Source: Candidatus Liptonbacteria bacterium (lineage in GTDB: Bacteria; Patescibacteriota; Minisyncoccia; UBA6257; JACOXY01). Taken from it: a stretch of 55,405 nucleotides of DNA. The notes below the pieces were generated by a model. The model ran no database searches. It was not told where the DNA came from and saw only the letters and a program-made list of their open reading frames with translations. Shown here piece by piece: positions 8,476 through 18,799 of the stretch. Both the position numbers and the translations under genes were made by a program. The stretch's first letter is position 1, and the number at the start of each line of letters is the position of its first letter. The DNA is taken from the NCBI GenBank assembly GCA_016182095.1, contig JACOXY010000013.1, positions 1 to 55,405 on the forward strand, written 5' to 3'.

Positions 8476-9651
8476 TTAGTGTCCTTCCAGCGCTTTCGCG
8501 TGTTCATGCTGGCGGATTTTCTCCAGCGCTTTGGCTTCAATCTGCCTGATGCGTTCGCGCGTTACGCCAAAAACTTTGCCGACTTCTTCCAAGGTGTGCT
8601 GGACTCCATCCTCAAGCCCGAATCTCATGGCTAATATTTTCTGCTCCCGGTCGCTTAGGGTTCCTATAATTTCTCCTATTTTATCTTTTAGGAGAGCGTT
8701 GGAGGCCGCCTGTGGCGGCGTAAGATTTTTTTCGTCAGGTATAAATTCCGAAAGCGTTGACTCATCGTCTTCGTCGCCAATAGGAGACTCCAAAGACATT
8801 ACATCCTGCGAAATTCTCTGTATATGCCGCACCTTGTCAACATCCGTGTCCATCTCCACGGCAATTTCCTCCGCCAATGGATCGCGGCCCAGCTCCTGCA
8901 TTAGGCGGCGCTTGGCTTGAGTGTAGCGCGATATGGTCTCAACCATATGAACAGGAATTCTGATAGTTCTTGATTGGTCGGCAAGAGCCCTGGTAATCGC
9001 CTGCCTAATCCACCAAGTGGCATAGGTTGAAAATTTGAATCCTTTTCGATAATCAAATTTTTCCACGGCTTTTGAAAGGCCGATATTGCCTTCCTGTATA
9101 AGATCTAAGATGCTCAAGTTTGGGCTCCTGTTCACATAGCGTTTTGCAATTGACACCACCAAACGCAAATTGGCGCGGATTAATTTCTGCCGCGCCTCTT
9201 CGTCGCCAGCCTCCGATTTTTTGGCGAGTTCTTTTTCGTCGTCCTTGGTTAAAAGAGGCGTTTTGCCGATCTCTTTAAGATACATCTGTACGGAGTCGGG
9301 AAGATCTCCGACTTCGGTTGCCATCTGAAGTTCTTTTTCGGTTACCTCGTCCTTGGGCAGATCAATAAGCTGGGTTGTTTCAACAACTTTAATATTAGCG
9401 ATTTCCAGTTTTTCATAAAGTGCTTCTAAAAAAGAGAGGTCTTTTTCTATGTTGGGAAAATAAGACAAAATCTCCGAGTCGGTAACAAACCCGCGGACAC
9501 GGCTCCCTTGTATGAGCTCGCTTAAGGTTGCTTCGTTAAAAACCGGTTTTTTTTCGCGAACCGCCTTTTTAGCCGCTTTGGCTTTGGGCTTAGAGGCTCT
9601 TTTTTTGGTTTTTGGGGATTTTTTGGACATGCGTAGTTTTTTAAAATTCAT
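8476..9651 (-). CDS. rpoD: RNA polymerase primary sigma factor
   Basis: [50 protein letters not shown]; follows dnaG. Confidence 0.96.
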   Translation of the reverse strand: MNFKKLRMSKKSPKTKKRASKPKAKAAKKAVREKKPVFNEATLSELIQGSRVRGFVTDSEILSYFPNIEKDLSFLEALYEKLEIANIKVVETTQLIDLPKDEVTEKELQMATEVGDLPDSVQMYLKEIGKTPLLTKDDEKELAKKSEAGDEEARQKLIRANLRLVVSIAKRYVNRSPNLSILDLIQEGNIGLSKAVEKFDYRKGFKFSTYATWWIRQAITRALADQSRTIRIPVHMVETISRYTQAKRRLMQELGRDPLAEEIAVEMDTDVDKVRHIQRISQDVMSLESPIGDEDDESTLSEFIPDEKNLTPPQAASNALLKDKIGEIIGTLSDREQKILAMRFGLEDGVQHTLEEVGKVFGVTRERIRQIEAKALEKIRQHEHAKALEGH

Positions 9652-9747
9652 TTATAAATTTTACCAAAAACAAGCACCCCGCCCTCTATGCCCAGCAAAC
9701 AAGTTGCTATTAAGTACGGCAAGCCCAGAGGACGGGGTAAGATGTTT

Positions 9748-11490
9748 TCAACATCTTAAATTATGTATTTGTTTTGTCAAAAGATCAAGTTCTCGCATGG
9801 CCTTTTGGAGTTCTTTCAGATTGCCTTTTGCCTCAAATTCTTTGACGGCGCGGGCAAGTTTCTGTTTTTCCTCTTTCAAATATTCCAATTTCAACTGCAT
9901 GCAAAGATCGTTTTCGCTGTGAGCTAAAGCGACGCCAGATCTTAAGTACAGCGAATTAATGAGCGCTCCGGTCTCGCCCTCATAATTTGCACCCGGCGCA
10001 CCGCTTGCCCCGAGGCGCAAATTTTCGGGGTTCTTCAACAAAGAAATAATATCCTGATATTTTTGGGGCAAATATTCTTTTACTTTTTGAACGATGTCCA
10101 GATCTCCCTTAGCGATTCCCAGGCTTATCAGATTTTCAGATATCAGAGCCAAGCGGCTCACAGGTTTAATATTCTCTGAATCTATGGGTGAGGCGGGCGC
10201 ACTTTCGTTTTCCGCCTTAATGCTCGCGGATTTTCCGCTCTGCTCCATTTCCTCTATTAGATTTTTTTCGGGGATACTCGATCTTTCGCTTAATTTTTTC
10301 ACCCAGATATTTTTATCTATCGGACTCCTAAAATATGCGATTTTCGCAAGAACCGCCCTTACAGATCTTTTGTCGGAACCATTTGCGAGATATCTATCAA
10401 AATAAAATTCCATCGCCGGCTTTGCGCCTTTATCAATAAGTTCCGCGAGCTTCCCGGGGTACTTTTCCACAAATTCAGCCGGGTCTTTCACGCCCTGGGG
10501 CAGAGTAACAACCCCAACCTCAAAATCATTAGCGGAACCCAAATCTATCGCCCGCTCTGCCGCCTGAATACCAGCTTCATCAGAATCAAAGCCCAGAATC
10601 AGCTTGTCGGCTTGCCTTCTTAAAACAGTCAGATGATCTTGCGTCAGTGCCGTTCCGGAAGCAGCGAGAACATTTCTAACCCCGTCCTGATGCGCCATTA
10701 AAAAATCCATCTGCCCCTCAACCAAAAAAGCCATGCCTAAATCTCTGATAGCGTTTTTGTTTTTATGAAATCCGTAAAAAATCTTGGACTTCTTGAAAAT
10801 CGCCGTTTCCGGACTGTTAACATATTTTCCCGATGTGCCATTGTCAAATTCCGGCAAAATCCTCCCGGTAAAAGCTACCGCCTTCCCAAAGTGATCGTCA
10901 ATCGGAAACATAAGCCGGCCCCTAAAGCGATCCAAATAGCCACCCCTCTCGCTCTTAAAGGCCAGGCCCGATCTTTCAATATCCGCGACTGAAAACCCCT
11001 GATTAATTAAAACCAGGGTCAATGCGTCAAATTTATTGGGAGCAAATCCAATTTCAAATTCTTCTATAGTGCCATCCTTTAGTCCGCGCGAGTGGGCATA
11101 ATTCAGGACGGCTTTATTTTCTTTTAGGGAGCTCGCGTAAAAATTCTTGGCGGTTTTGTTCATGTCATACAAAACTCCAAACTGCCTTTGCTCTGCCGGA
11201 TTAGCTCTTTTTAATTCAATCCCCACCTTTTCTGCCAGAATCCGAAGCGCTTCAAAAAACTCAATGTTTTCATACTTCATGAGAAACGTAAAAACATCTC
11301 CGCCCATATTGCACGAACCAAAACAATGCCAGGTCTGCCGATCCGGAGAGACCATAAAAGAGGGGGTTTTCTCTTTATGAAACGGGCAAACTGCTTTGAA
11401 GTTTTTTCCGGCAGGCAGGAGCGTAATGTAGCTCTTCAAGAGATCTACAATATCAATTTTTTGTTTAATTTCTTCGGCAGTAGACGGCAT
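9748..11490 (-). CDS. dnaG: DNA primase
   Basis: CPFHKEKTPSF zinc finger, KYVNSPET, VEGQMD, FDSDEAG Toprim motifs. Confidence 0.97.
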   Translation of the reverse strand: MPSTAEEIKQKIDIVDLLKSYITLLPAGKNFKAVCPFHKEKTPSFMVSPDRQTWHCFGSCNMGGDVFTFLMKYENIEFFEALRILAEKVGIELKRANPAEQRQFGVLYDMNKTAKNFYASSLKENKAVLNYAHSRGLKDGTIEEFEIGFAPNKFDALTLVLINQGFSVADIERSGLAFKSERGGYLDRFRGRLMFPIDDHFGKAVAFTGRILPEFDNGTSGKYVNSPETAIFKKSKIFYGFHKNKNAIRDLGMAFLVEGQMDFLMAHQDGVRNVLAASGTALTQDHLTVLRRQADKLILGFDSDEAGIQAAERAIDLGSANDFEVGVVTLPQGVKDPAEFVEKYPGKLAELIDKGAKPAMEFYFDRYLANGSDKRSVRAVLAKIAYFRSPIDKNIWVKKLSERSSIPEKNLIEEMEQSGKSASIKAENESAPASPIDSENIKPVSRLALISENLISLGIAKGDLDIVQKVKEYLPQKYQDIISLLKNPENLRLGASGAPGANYEGETGALINSLYLRSGVALAHSENDLCMQLKLEYLKEEKQKLARAVKEFEAKGNLKELQKAMRELDLLTKQIHNLRC

Positions 11491-11594
11491 TTGGTTTTAC
11501 TATACACCCAAATTTAAGAAACACAAAAGATTTCGCGTATCTTATGCGGTTACAATAATAAAGTCCTTGTTTTCCCTTATTCTTTCTTCTTTCC

Positions 11595-12287
11595 TTATTC
11601 TTTCTTTGCCGCAGGGGCGGTAATGGCTGGCGTCTCGCCCTCTGTAGTCTTTGACGCTTCGCGTTTTGCTTTTTCTTCTTCAGTCTCAACTTTTACTTCG
11701 TCAATCGTTGCGGGCGCCGCCATTGCCGCTTCTTCTTCCTCGGTCACCTTAGCGTTAATGCTCGCGATAACCGTTTCCTGGTCGGCCAAAAATTCAACCC
11801 CTTTGATTGGAGCGAGGTCTCTTACATAAAAACTTGAGCCAATGTCCACGAGCCCCGCCATGTCAACTTCCAATTTGTGGGGCAGGTCGCCAGGAAGCGC
11901 CTCAACCTCAAGTTCGTGCATCGCTTTTACCAAGATACCATTTTTCTCTTTAACGCCAGGGGCAATACCAATAAATTCCAAAGGAACCCTAGTTTTAATT
12001 TTCTCGTCCATGCGAACCTGGTAAAAATCGACGTGCGTCACGGTATCCCGCACCGGATCGCGATCAATATCATATATCAAAACCGGCCTTTTATCGCCGT
12101 CAATATTTACAGTTAATACGGTGCTCTCTCCGGCCTCCTTAAGAGCTTTGGAAAATTCTTTAGCGGAAACAGCAAGGTGCGCGTTTTCTATGCCTCGTCC
12201 ATAAAGCTCGGCCGGAATATAGCCCTCCGCCCTAAGACCTAAGAGCGCCTTCCCAAATTTTTCTCTTTTTTTAGCAGATAATTCCAT
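11595..12287 (-). CDS. rplY: 50S ribosomal protein L25/Ctc
   Basis: IPAELYG, HVDFYQV, long Ctc-type C-terminal domain. Confidence 0.95.
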   Translation of the reverse strand: MELSAKKREKFGKALLGLRAEGYIPAELYGRGIENAHLAVSAKEFSKALKEAGESTVLTVNIDGDKRPVLIYDIDRDPVRDTVTHVDFYQVRMDEKIKTRVPLEFIGIAPGVKEKNGILVKAMHELEVEALPGDLPHKLEVDMAGLVDIGSSFYVRDLAPIKGVEFLADQETVIASINAKVTEEEEAAMAAPATIDEVKVETEEEKAKREASKTTEGETPAITAPAAKKE

Positions 12288-12531
12288 CCCTCACGCAAGA
12301 AGGAGCATTATCCGCTTCCTTCCTGTAATTTATCTTTTTATTTACAAAGTTATTTTATAATATTTATGTTCTACTTATCCATCCCTCACCCAAGAAGGAG
12401 TATTGTCCGCCGCTTCTTGTATTATTGTTTAATTTAATATTTAACTGAATTATTACTTATTTTCTAAATTACACATCAGACCATCCTTCACTCCTTCTTG
12501 GGTGAGGGACCACTCCTTCTTGAGTGAGGGA
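12287..12531. mobile_element. Nested pair of TCCCTCAC-type inverted-repeat elements
   Basis: Outer TIR 12287-12305/12513-12531 (18/19); inner perfect 20-bp TIR 12382-12401/12490-12509. Confidence 0.75.
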
Positions 12532-12678
12532 ATAAAGATCAAATATGATATGGTCCCGCCAAGCTAGACAATTTTAATTTTTGATTTTTTATTTCAGTAG
12601 AATAGCAGATAGCCCAAAAAAAGGCAACACTCTGTCTTATGTAGCCTACATGTATCTGAACCTAGACGCCCGAATTTA

Positions 12679-13080
12679 TTACCCGCCGCAGGCTTGCCTG
12701 ATTTTATCGATAGAAATGCTCAATTCGTCGGTTTTTCTAAAAAAATTGGCAGCTCCTATTTCTTCGGCAAATTTCTTGTCCACATCGGACATTTCGAGGA
12801 GCGGCTCGCCGTGATTTGTCATAAACACAACCTTAAGATTTGTAAGTTCCGGATTTTCCTTGATTTTTTGAAAAGTTTCAACGCCATTCAAAATCGGCAT
12901 TTGAAAATCCATTACCACGCAACTTGGTTTTACTGTTTTCAGCTTCTCCAGGGCATCGGCTCCATTTTCAGCGGTAACCACTTCAAATCCGGCCTGTTTA
13001 AGCTTAATGCTAAAAATCTCCCTGAAGTCCGCCTCGTCTTCAACCAATAATATTAGTGTTTTTGCTTCTTGATTCCCCAT
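12679..13080 (-). CDS. Single-domain response regulator (CheY-like receiver)
   Basis: ILLVEDE, VMDFQMPILNG, FMTN, FFRK. Confidence 0.9.
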   Translation of the reverse strand: MGNQEAKTLILLVEDEADFREIFSIKLKQAGFEVVTAENGADALEKLKTVKPSCVVMDFQMPILNGVETFQKIKENPELTNLKVVFMTNHGEPLLEMSDVDKKFAEEIGAANFFRKTDELSISIDKIRQACGG

Positions 13081-13104
13081 TTGACCAGTTTAGTATAGCA
13101 CAAT

Positions 13105-13989
13105 TTATTGCAGGCCGCTAAAAAGTTTTAGCCGTGAAAGCGTCGCGGCCTTAACCGCCCCTTCCGCCGCAGCTAAAATTTTGTAGGGGGCAATTTCATC
13201 TTTATTATTGTTCAGCGCGGACTCAAGTGCCTCGCGCCAGGCAATTCTTATTTCGGTATTTATGTGAATAATGCTCGTGCCGTTTTGCGCGGCTTCCATA
13301 AAATCATTATCGGATATGCCAGAGCCGCCATGCAAAACAAGCGGGATTTTAACGGCTTCAGAGATTGCTTTAATGCGTGGAATATTTAATCGCGGATTAG
13401 GAGCATTTTTCAGCATCCCGTGCAAATTGCCTACCGCCGGCGCCAAGAGATGAACGCCCGTTTCCGCAACAAATCTTTTTGCTTCTTCCGGTTTAGTTAG
13501 TGCCTCGCCGCTCGTTACGGCGCCCTCCGGAATAACATCCAACAATTTGGACGAACTGCCAATGTAGCCCAGCTCACCCTCCACTAAAACTTCGGACTTT
13601 GAACCTCGAACTTTGGACTTGACATATTGAACAACTTTTTTGGTTTGCCTCACATTTTCTTCAAACGGAAGTTTCGCGCCGTCAAAAATAACACTGTCAA
13701 ATCCAGCCGCGACCGCCTCTTTAATTTTTTCAAAAGAATAAGTATGGTCCGCGTTTATAAAAATCGGATAATCATACTCTTCGCGCAAATTCCTGACCAA
13801 TGCCACGGCCCGCTTAACGCCGATAAAATCCCTTTCGCCCTCTGAAACCCCTATGATAACCGGAACGCCTAAGTCTTTCGCGGCGCCAAATATGGCTTTT
13901 AGGGCAGACAAATCAGAGATGTTAAAGTGGCCTATGGCTACGTGGTTATCTCGAGCTTCGGCAATATGTTGTTTTAAGGTCTTTAACAT
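13105..13989 (-). CDS. fba: Class II fructose-bisphosphate aldolase
   Basis: NADH, VEGELG, AVGNLHG, LVLHGGSG. Confidence 0.93.
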   Translation of the reverse strand: MLKTLKQHIAEARDNHVAIGHFNISDLSALKAIFGAAKDLGVPVIIGVSEGERDFIGVKRAVALVRNLREEYDYPIFINADHTYSFEKIKEAVAAGFDSVIFDGAKLPFEENVRQTKKVVQYVKSKVRGSKSEVLVEGELGYIGSSSKLLDVIPEGAVTSGEALTKPEEAKRFVAETGVHLLAPAVGNLHGMLKNAPNPRLNIPRIKAISEAVKIPLVLHGGSGISDNDFMEAAQNGTSIIHINTEIRIAWREALESALNNNKDEIAPYKILAAAEGAVKAATLSRLKLFSGLQ

Positions 13990-14065
13990 ATATTATAAAA
14001 ACGGCGCGCTTTTGTTGGAAATTTTGAATTATTTGGAAATTGCCGATAATTTAGAATTTAGAAAT

Positions 14066-15052
14066 TCAAAGTTTTTTTGGCAGATAATATTTCGGCGCCA
14101 TTTTTAGTAACCCTTCTAATTTCTCGCGTGTAAGTAATCCGGCCCTCGCGCCCACATCCTGCACGACCGACATGGAGTTAATCGGCGCCCAACGCATGGC
14201 ATCGGTTATATTCAGGCCGGCTGCCAAAGCCGCGACAAAAGTTGAAGAAAAGGCGTCTCCGGCTCCGGTCCTTTCAAAGGGCGGCTTTGGATCCGGGTAA
14301 ATAGGCATAACCCATGTGTTTTCTTCTTCATAAACATACGCGCCCCTCGGACCATCAGTAATAACAACTATTTTCGGGCCTAAGTCGTGAATGCCTTTTA
14401 ATAAGAGTTTAATATCGCTGGGACCAAGACCCAAAATTCTTTCCGCCTCTTCTTTGTTGCAGAAGAAAATATCAGCTAATTCATAAATAGCTTTTAGGCG
14501 GTCAACACCCAATTTCATTTGAAAGGTCCCTGGTTGAAAAGCCAGTTTCGTGGCCCGATGACCCATGAGCCAGTCGGCAATCGTGTCGTGAAATTTTTCT
14601 CCGCTCTCCCCAAGCGATGTCAGATACACCCAGGCCGGATCGTCAATGTCCGGCATCGCGTAATTGTAGTCTTGGTGCTTTATTAAAATCGTGCGGTCAT
14701 CTTCGTACCACAAAACATAATGATAGTTGGTCTTTTTGCCGGCATTTACATTAACAAATTCCGTGCCGACATTTTCTGCGGAGAACACCGCCAGGGATTC
14801 CTTGCCCTCCAGGTCGCTTCCTATGCTTGAAACCAGGGCGCTTTTTAACCCCAAACGCGCGGCGGCAACTGCGGCGTTGGCGCTATTCCCCACCGCAGGG
14901 ACTACCCAGACGTTTTCATAGGGAACTTTATCGCCAAACCGCAAACATATTTCACATTTTTCGCGGTTAACGGTACAATGAATCTCCGCGTCCTTTAATC
15001 TAATAAACGCGTCAGTTGTAACGTCACCAATCGCTATAAAATCATACCGCAT
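14066..15052 (-). CDS. PfkB-family carbohydrate kinase
   Basis: GNSANAAVAAARLG, CNKEEA, RTGAGDAF. Confidence 0.92.
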   Translation of the reverse strand: MRYDFIAIGDVTTDAFIRLKDAEIHCTVNREKCEICLRFGDKVPYENVWVVPAVGNSANAAVAAARLGLKSALVSSIGSDLEGKESLAVFSAENVGTEFVNVNAGKKTNYHYVLWYEDDRTILIKHQDYNYAMPDIDDPAWVYLTSLGESGEKFHDTIADWLMGHRATKLAFQPGTFQMKLGVDRLKAIYELADIFFCNKEEAERILGLGPSDIKLLLKGIHDLGPKIVVITDGPRGAYVYEEENTWVMPIYPDPKPPFERTGAGDAFSSTFVAALAAGLNITDAMRWAPINSMSVVQDVGARAGLLTREKLEGLLKMAPKYYLPKKL

Positions 15053-15073
15053 ACAGAGTATTATACACTAAAA

Positions 15074-15178
15074 TAACCCCCCACCCTTCAAGCATTAATA
15101 ACTTTGCGACTAAAAAAGCGTTTGTAAAATTTTTGCTTATCATAAAACTTGTTGTATTGCTTGAAGGGTGGAGGGTTA
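15074..15178. repeat. Intergenic inverted-repeat element
   Basis: taaccccccacccttcaagca / tgcttgaagggtggagggtta (20/21). Confidence 0.7.
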
Positions 15179-16180
15179 TTTTCTTCTGATAACTTTTTTA
15201 ACCGCCCTTACAATATCCTTAACCCCCATGCCATATTTTTCTATAAGTTCGTTTGGACTGCCGGATTCGCCAAAAATATCCTTCATGCCGATAAATTCCA
15301 TCGGCGCAGGCTCGTGTTTCGCGAGCAGCTCGGCTATCGCCCCGCCCAAACCCCCCAAAATTTGGTGCTCCTCCACCGAAACCACAGCTTTGGTTTTTTT
15401 GGCCCAATATACAATGGCCTTTTCATCCAACGGCTTAATGGTATGACAATTTAAGACCACCACGCCAATTTTTTCTTTTTCTAAAATTTGCGCCGCAAGA
15501 ATCGCATTGTGCAGTAATGGCCCGCAGCCGACAATGACAGCTTTGGGAACTCTCCCAAGCCAGAATACTTCGGCCTTCCCTGGGATAAAGGGGGTTTTCT
15601 CGGTCGTAAAAATCGGGGTTTTTTCTCTTGCGAATCTTAAATAGACCGGCCCCCATATTTTCGCGGCCGCGACTGTGGCTTTTCTGGCCTCAATCGCGTC
15701 ACAGGGCACAAAAACTTTCATATTAGCCATGACGCGCATTGTCGCGATATCCTCTATCGCCTGGTGAGTCGCTCCATCAGGCCCCACAGAAATTCCGGCG
15801 TGAGATCCGGCAATTTTAACATTGGAATCATTGTATGAAATAGTTGTTCTGATTTGCTCCCAATTTCTGCCTGGAGAAAAAGTAGCATAAGAAGAAATAA
15901 AGGGAATTTTTCCTGAAACACCCAAGCCTGCGGCAATAGTTGCTAAATTCTGCTCGGCTACTCCAACTTGGAAAAATCTTTGCGGATATTTTTTGGCGAA
16001 TGCTTCCATGCGAGTTGATTCCGTTAAGTCGGCGCAAAGCGCGACCACATTTTGGTCGTGATCGGCCGCCTCCACCAAGCCCAAACCAAAGCCGTCGCGA
16101 GTGGGCTTCATTTCTAATCCACCTTCATGAGATGCGGATATCGCCTCTAATGCAAGTTTTGCGTTAAGATTTAATGACAT
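15176..16180 (-). CDS. Transketolase, C-terminal subunit
   Basis: GVAEQN, VGPDGATHQ, VEEH...GGLG. Confidence 0.95.
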   Translation of the reverse strand: MSLNLNAKLALEAISASHEGGLEMKPTRDGFGLGLVEAADHDQNVVALCADLTESTRMEAFAKKYPQRFFQVGVAEQNLATIAAGLGVSGKIPFISSYATFSPGRNWEQIRTTISYNDSNVKIAGSHAGISVGPDGATHQAIEDIATMRVMANMKVFVPCDAIEARKATVAAAKIWGPVYLRFAREKTPIFTTEKTPFIPGKAEVFWLGRVPKAVIVGCGPLLHNAILAAQILEKEKIGVVVLNCHTIKPLDEKAIVYWAKKTKAVVSVEEHQILGGLGGAIAELLAKHEPAPMEFIGMKDIFGESGSPNELIEKYGMGVKDIVRAVKKVIRRK

Positions 16181-16288
16181 AATACCTAGACTCCCGCAAT
16201 TGAGTTACGGGTAGATTGCCCACGACCATCTAAGACCGCGGCACAAAAAATTGCTCTCGGATATCTAAAAAACAGTTTGTAAATAAAA

Positions 16289-16432
16289 TTAATTGCCAAA
16301 TCCCCGGCCGATACTCCCCAAAATATCAACCTTGTAAAACCCTTCCGGCAACACAAACTGAACCGCGATAAAAAGGCCGACCAGAACAATAATGGTAACA
16401 ATTGTAAAAAATTTTGGATCTGATGCGTTCAT
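16289..16432 (-). CDS. Small single-TM protein (47 aa), below the ORF-track cutoff
   Basis: Manual translation MNASDPKFFTIVTIIVLVGLFIAVQFVLPEGFYKVDILGSIGRGFGN*. Confidence 0.5.
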   Translation of the reverse strand: MNASDPKFFTIVTIIVLVGLFIAVQFVLPEGFYKVDILGSIGRGFGN

Positions 16433-16622
16433 GATTTTCCCTAACGAATTGCGCAATTTTTACCTGCGCTACGCCAAGACTGCGGCAAGGCGAGCGAGAG
16501 TGCGAATTCATAAGAGTTTTATCGACTTTTACCCTCCTAAATTTTATAATGCAAAACTTGGGGCGGGTTAATTTAATTATACACTTATTACTTGTTACTT
16601 ATTACTTGCTTCATTGATGCTC

Positions 16623-16736
16623 GCCCCAGCACTAAATCCCGAACAAAGACCATCTTAGTTTATGTTCAGCTCGCAGAAGTCGCCTATCGGCTTATTTGTA
16701 TGCCTAATATATAATTCTCTAGGATTAGTGCGGGGC
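16623..16736. repeat. GCCCCGCACTAAT-type inverted-repeat element
   Basis: gccccagcactaaatcc ... ggattagtgcggggc; a related half-site ccccgcactaat occurs at ~26969. Confidence 0.6.
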
Positions 16737-16756
16737 TTCGCTTTTTTTAATAACAA

Positions 16757-17644
16757 TCATTGATGCTCGCTTCTTATTTTCCCGCTTAAAGTTCTTAACT
16801 CTTTCAGAGCCGCCCTGCCCTGCTCTTCTTTGGAAACAATATCCGTTGGCCCCAGCCCCGGAGGATTACCGTGCCACCTGTAATCGTTTTCCATGAAACT
16901 TACGCCCTTCCCGGGAATGGTGTGGGCGATTATTACCGTTGGCCTTTCGTAAATGGCATGAGCCTCCCGCACCGCATCAACAAACTGTGAAATATTATGC
17001 CCATCAACCTCTAATACATGCCACTTAAATGCCTCGTATTTATCGCGCAAAGAATCAAGCGGCATTACATCCTCCGTAATTCCATCAATTTGGATGTTAT
17101 TACGATCAATAATCGCCGTTAAATTATTTAAATGATTTTTTCCCGCGAACATCGCTGCCTCCCATAGATTTCCCTCATCATGCTCGCCATCGGAAAGCAT
17201 CGCGTAAATGCGGTATCGCTTTTCGTCAAGCTTTGCCGCCAAGGCCATGCCGATCGCCTGTGAAAGCCCGGATCCTAATGGACCGGACGTAGTTTCAAGG
17301 CCGGGGAGCGATGATCTATGCGGGTGGCCCTGCAGACGAGAATTTATTTTTCTTAGAGTTTTTAGCTCACTAATCGGAAAATATCCGGAGTGAGCCATGG
17401 TCGCGTATTGAACGGGACAAATGTGGCCGTTTGAAAGAACTAAACGGTCGCGTTCGGGCCAATTTGGTTTCTTGGGATTATGATTTAAGACATGAAAATA
17501 CATGGCCGTAAAAATATCAGCCATGCCAAGCGGTCCAGCAGAGTGACCGGACTTGGCCTCTAAGAGCATTTCAATAATCGACTCCCGGATTTTATTCGCC
17601 AGTTCTTCCAGATGTTTTAATTTTTTTTCATGCAACGACTCCAT
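16757..17644 (-). CDS. Transketolase, N-terminal subunit
   Basis: SGHSAG, DRLVLSNGH, LQGHP, SDGEHDEG, HTIPGKG; start at 17644 or 17650. Confidence 0.95.
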   Translation of the reverse strand: MESLHEKKLKHLEELANKIRESIIEMLLEAKSGHSAGPLGMADIFTAMYFHVLNHNPKKPNWPERDRLVLSNGHICPVQYATMAHSGYFPISELKTLRKINSRLQGHPHRSSLPGLETTSGPLGSGLSQAIGMALAAKLDEKRYRIYAMLSDGEHDEGNLWEAAMFAGKNHLNNLTAIIDRNNIQIDGITEDVMPLDSLRDKYEAFKWHVLEVDGHNISQFVDAVREAHAIYERPTVIIAHTIPGKGVSFMENDYRWHGNPPGLGPTDIVSKEEQGRAALKELRTLSGKIRSEHQ

Positions 17645-17718
17645 TAACATTATGATAACATTTTTTGAAGTTTATATCCTGGAACCCACCCTGGCTTTGT
17701 TAACTATTGATTCATATA

Positions 17719-17732
17719 TTAACATATGTTAA
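17719..17732. promoter_or_regulatory. Palindromic operator candidate overlapping the -10 of the HTH-Fic operon
   Basis: TTAACATATGTTAA perfect palindrome overlapping TAAAAT. Confidence 0.5.
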
Positions 17733-17745
17733 AATAGCATCACCT

Positions 17746-18000
17746 ATGGAAAAAGAATTTTATTCAACGGCGGAGGCCGCCAAACTGCTCCGCGTAAGCA
17801 GAGTTTCAATATTCCAAAAGATTAAATCAGGGAACATAAGGGCGCAAAAGGTTGGGCGCAATTTTATCATTAAAAAAAGTGATTTATTTGAGGCGTTGGG
17901 CAATGTCTTAAGCAAAGAAAAGAAACAAAATGTCGACAGGGCGGTAGCAAAGGCGCTGCGGGATTACGGCGAAGTATTTAAAAAGTTAGGCAAGGAGTAA
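17746..18000 (+). CDS. Excisionase-like HTH_17 protein, probable antitoxin
   Basis: YSTAEAAKLLRVSR...IKSGNIRAQKVGR; C-terminal helix (YGEVFKKLGKE); coupled to the Fic gene. Confidence 0.8.
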   Translation: MEKEFYSTAEAAKLLRVSRVSIFQKIKSGNIRAQKVGRNFIIKKSDLFEALGNVLSKEKKQNVDRAVAKALRDYGEVFKKLGKE

Positions 18001-18002
18001 AG

Positions 18003-18431
18003 ATGAAAGTAAAAAATCTCGCATTAAAAGAAGTTGAATATAGCGCTTATAGGCTGGCAAAAAAGTTTATGTCTTGGAATGAGCCCATTCTCGATTTTGG
18101 AACACGTTTCCCAGAAGTGCTGGAAAGCTGTCTTTTGGTTCCGTTTCAAACATACGCGCGAAAAAATCTTTACCGGGGATTGATTAACAAAGCGGCCATT
18201 CTTTTTTATCTAATGATTAAGAATCATCCGTTTGAGAACGGCAATAAAAGAATCGCGGTAATGACGCTATTGCTGTTTCTCTATAAAAATAATGCATGGA
18301 TTAAGGTTAGCGATAATGCATTATATAAAATCGCTGTCCGAGTCGCCGAAGGATCTCCGCAGGAAAAAGATTTTTATCTGAATGCCGTTCAAGGATTTCT
18401 AAAAGAAAATATGGTGCGGATAAAGAAGTAA
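18003..18431 (+). CDS. Fic/Doc-family toxin
   Basis: HPFENGNKR Doc-type motif. Confidence 0.9.
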   Translation: MKVKNLALKEVEYSAYRLAKKFMSWNEPILDFGTRFPEVLESCLLVPFQTYARKNLYRGLINKAAILFYLMIKNHPFENGNKRIAVMTLLLFLYKNNAWIKVSDNALYKIAVRVAEGSPQEKDFYLNAVQGFLKENMVRIKK

Positions 18432-18556
18432 CCCCGACCACATCAGCACTTTAATAATAGTCTGGCGGATTTTATTCGCCAGTTCTTCTAAGTGTTTTAA
18501 CTTTTTTTCATGCAACGACTCCATTAACATTATGATAACATTTTTTGAAGTTTATA
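18431..18556 (-). pseudogene. Duplicated transketolase promoter and N-terminal fragment
   Basis: Repeat of ~17587-17676; encodes MLMESLHEKKLKHLEELANKIR with synonymous changes, then diverges (QTIIKVLMWSG). Confidence 0.85.
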
Positions 18557-18799
18557 AGTATTACCGTATTGCAAGAGCCCAAAAGAGAAAACTTATCCGC
18601 TTTTATTCTGATTTCTGAAATCTCGGAATTGGGTTGTGTAAAGCCGTAGCCGTGCGCATTATCTACTATCTGATATAAGTATAAATGTAAAAAGTTAAAT
18701 AAAAAAATCGCCCTTAGAGAAATTCTCTAGGGGGGGGGGCCGATGTCCAAGGGACCAAGGGACAAGATTTTTGTCCCAGGGTCCCAAGGACTAAGTATG

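Noticed and set aside
12287-12531. CRISPR array
   Set aside because: Repeats are nested inverted pairs, not regularly spaced direct repeats, and no cas genes are present
16186-16511. ORF-track calls 16186..16401 and 16326..16511 as a frameshifted gene
   Set aside because: The third frame gives a cleaner 47-aa TM protein (16289-16432)
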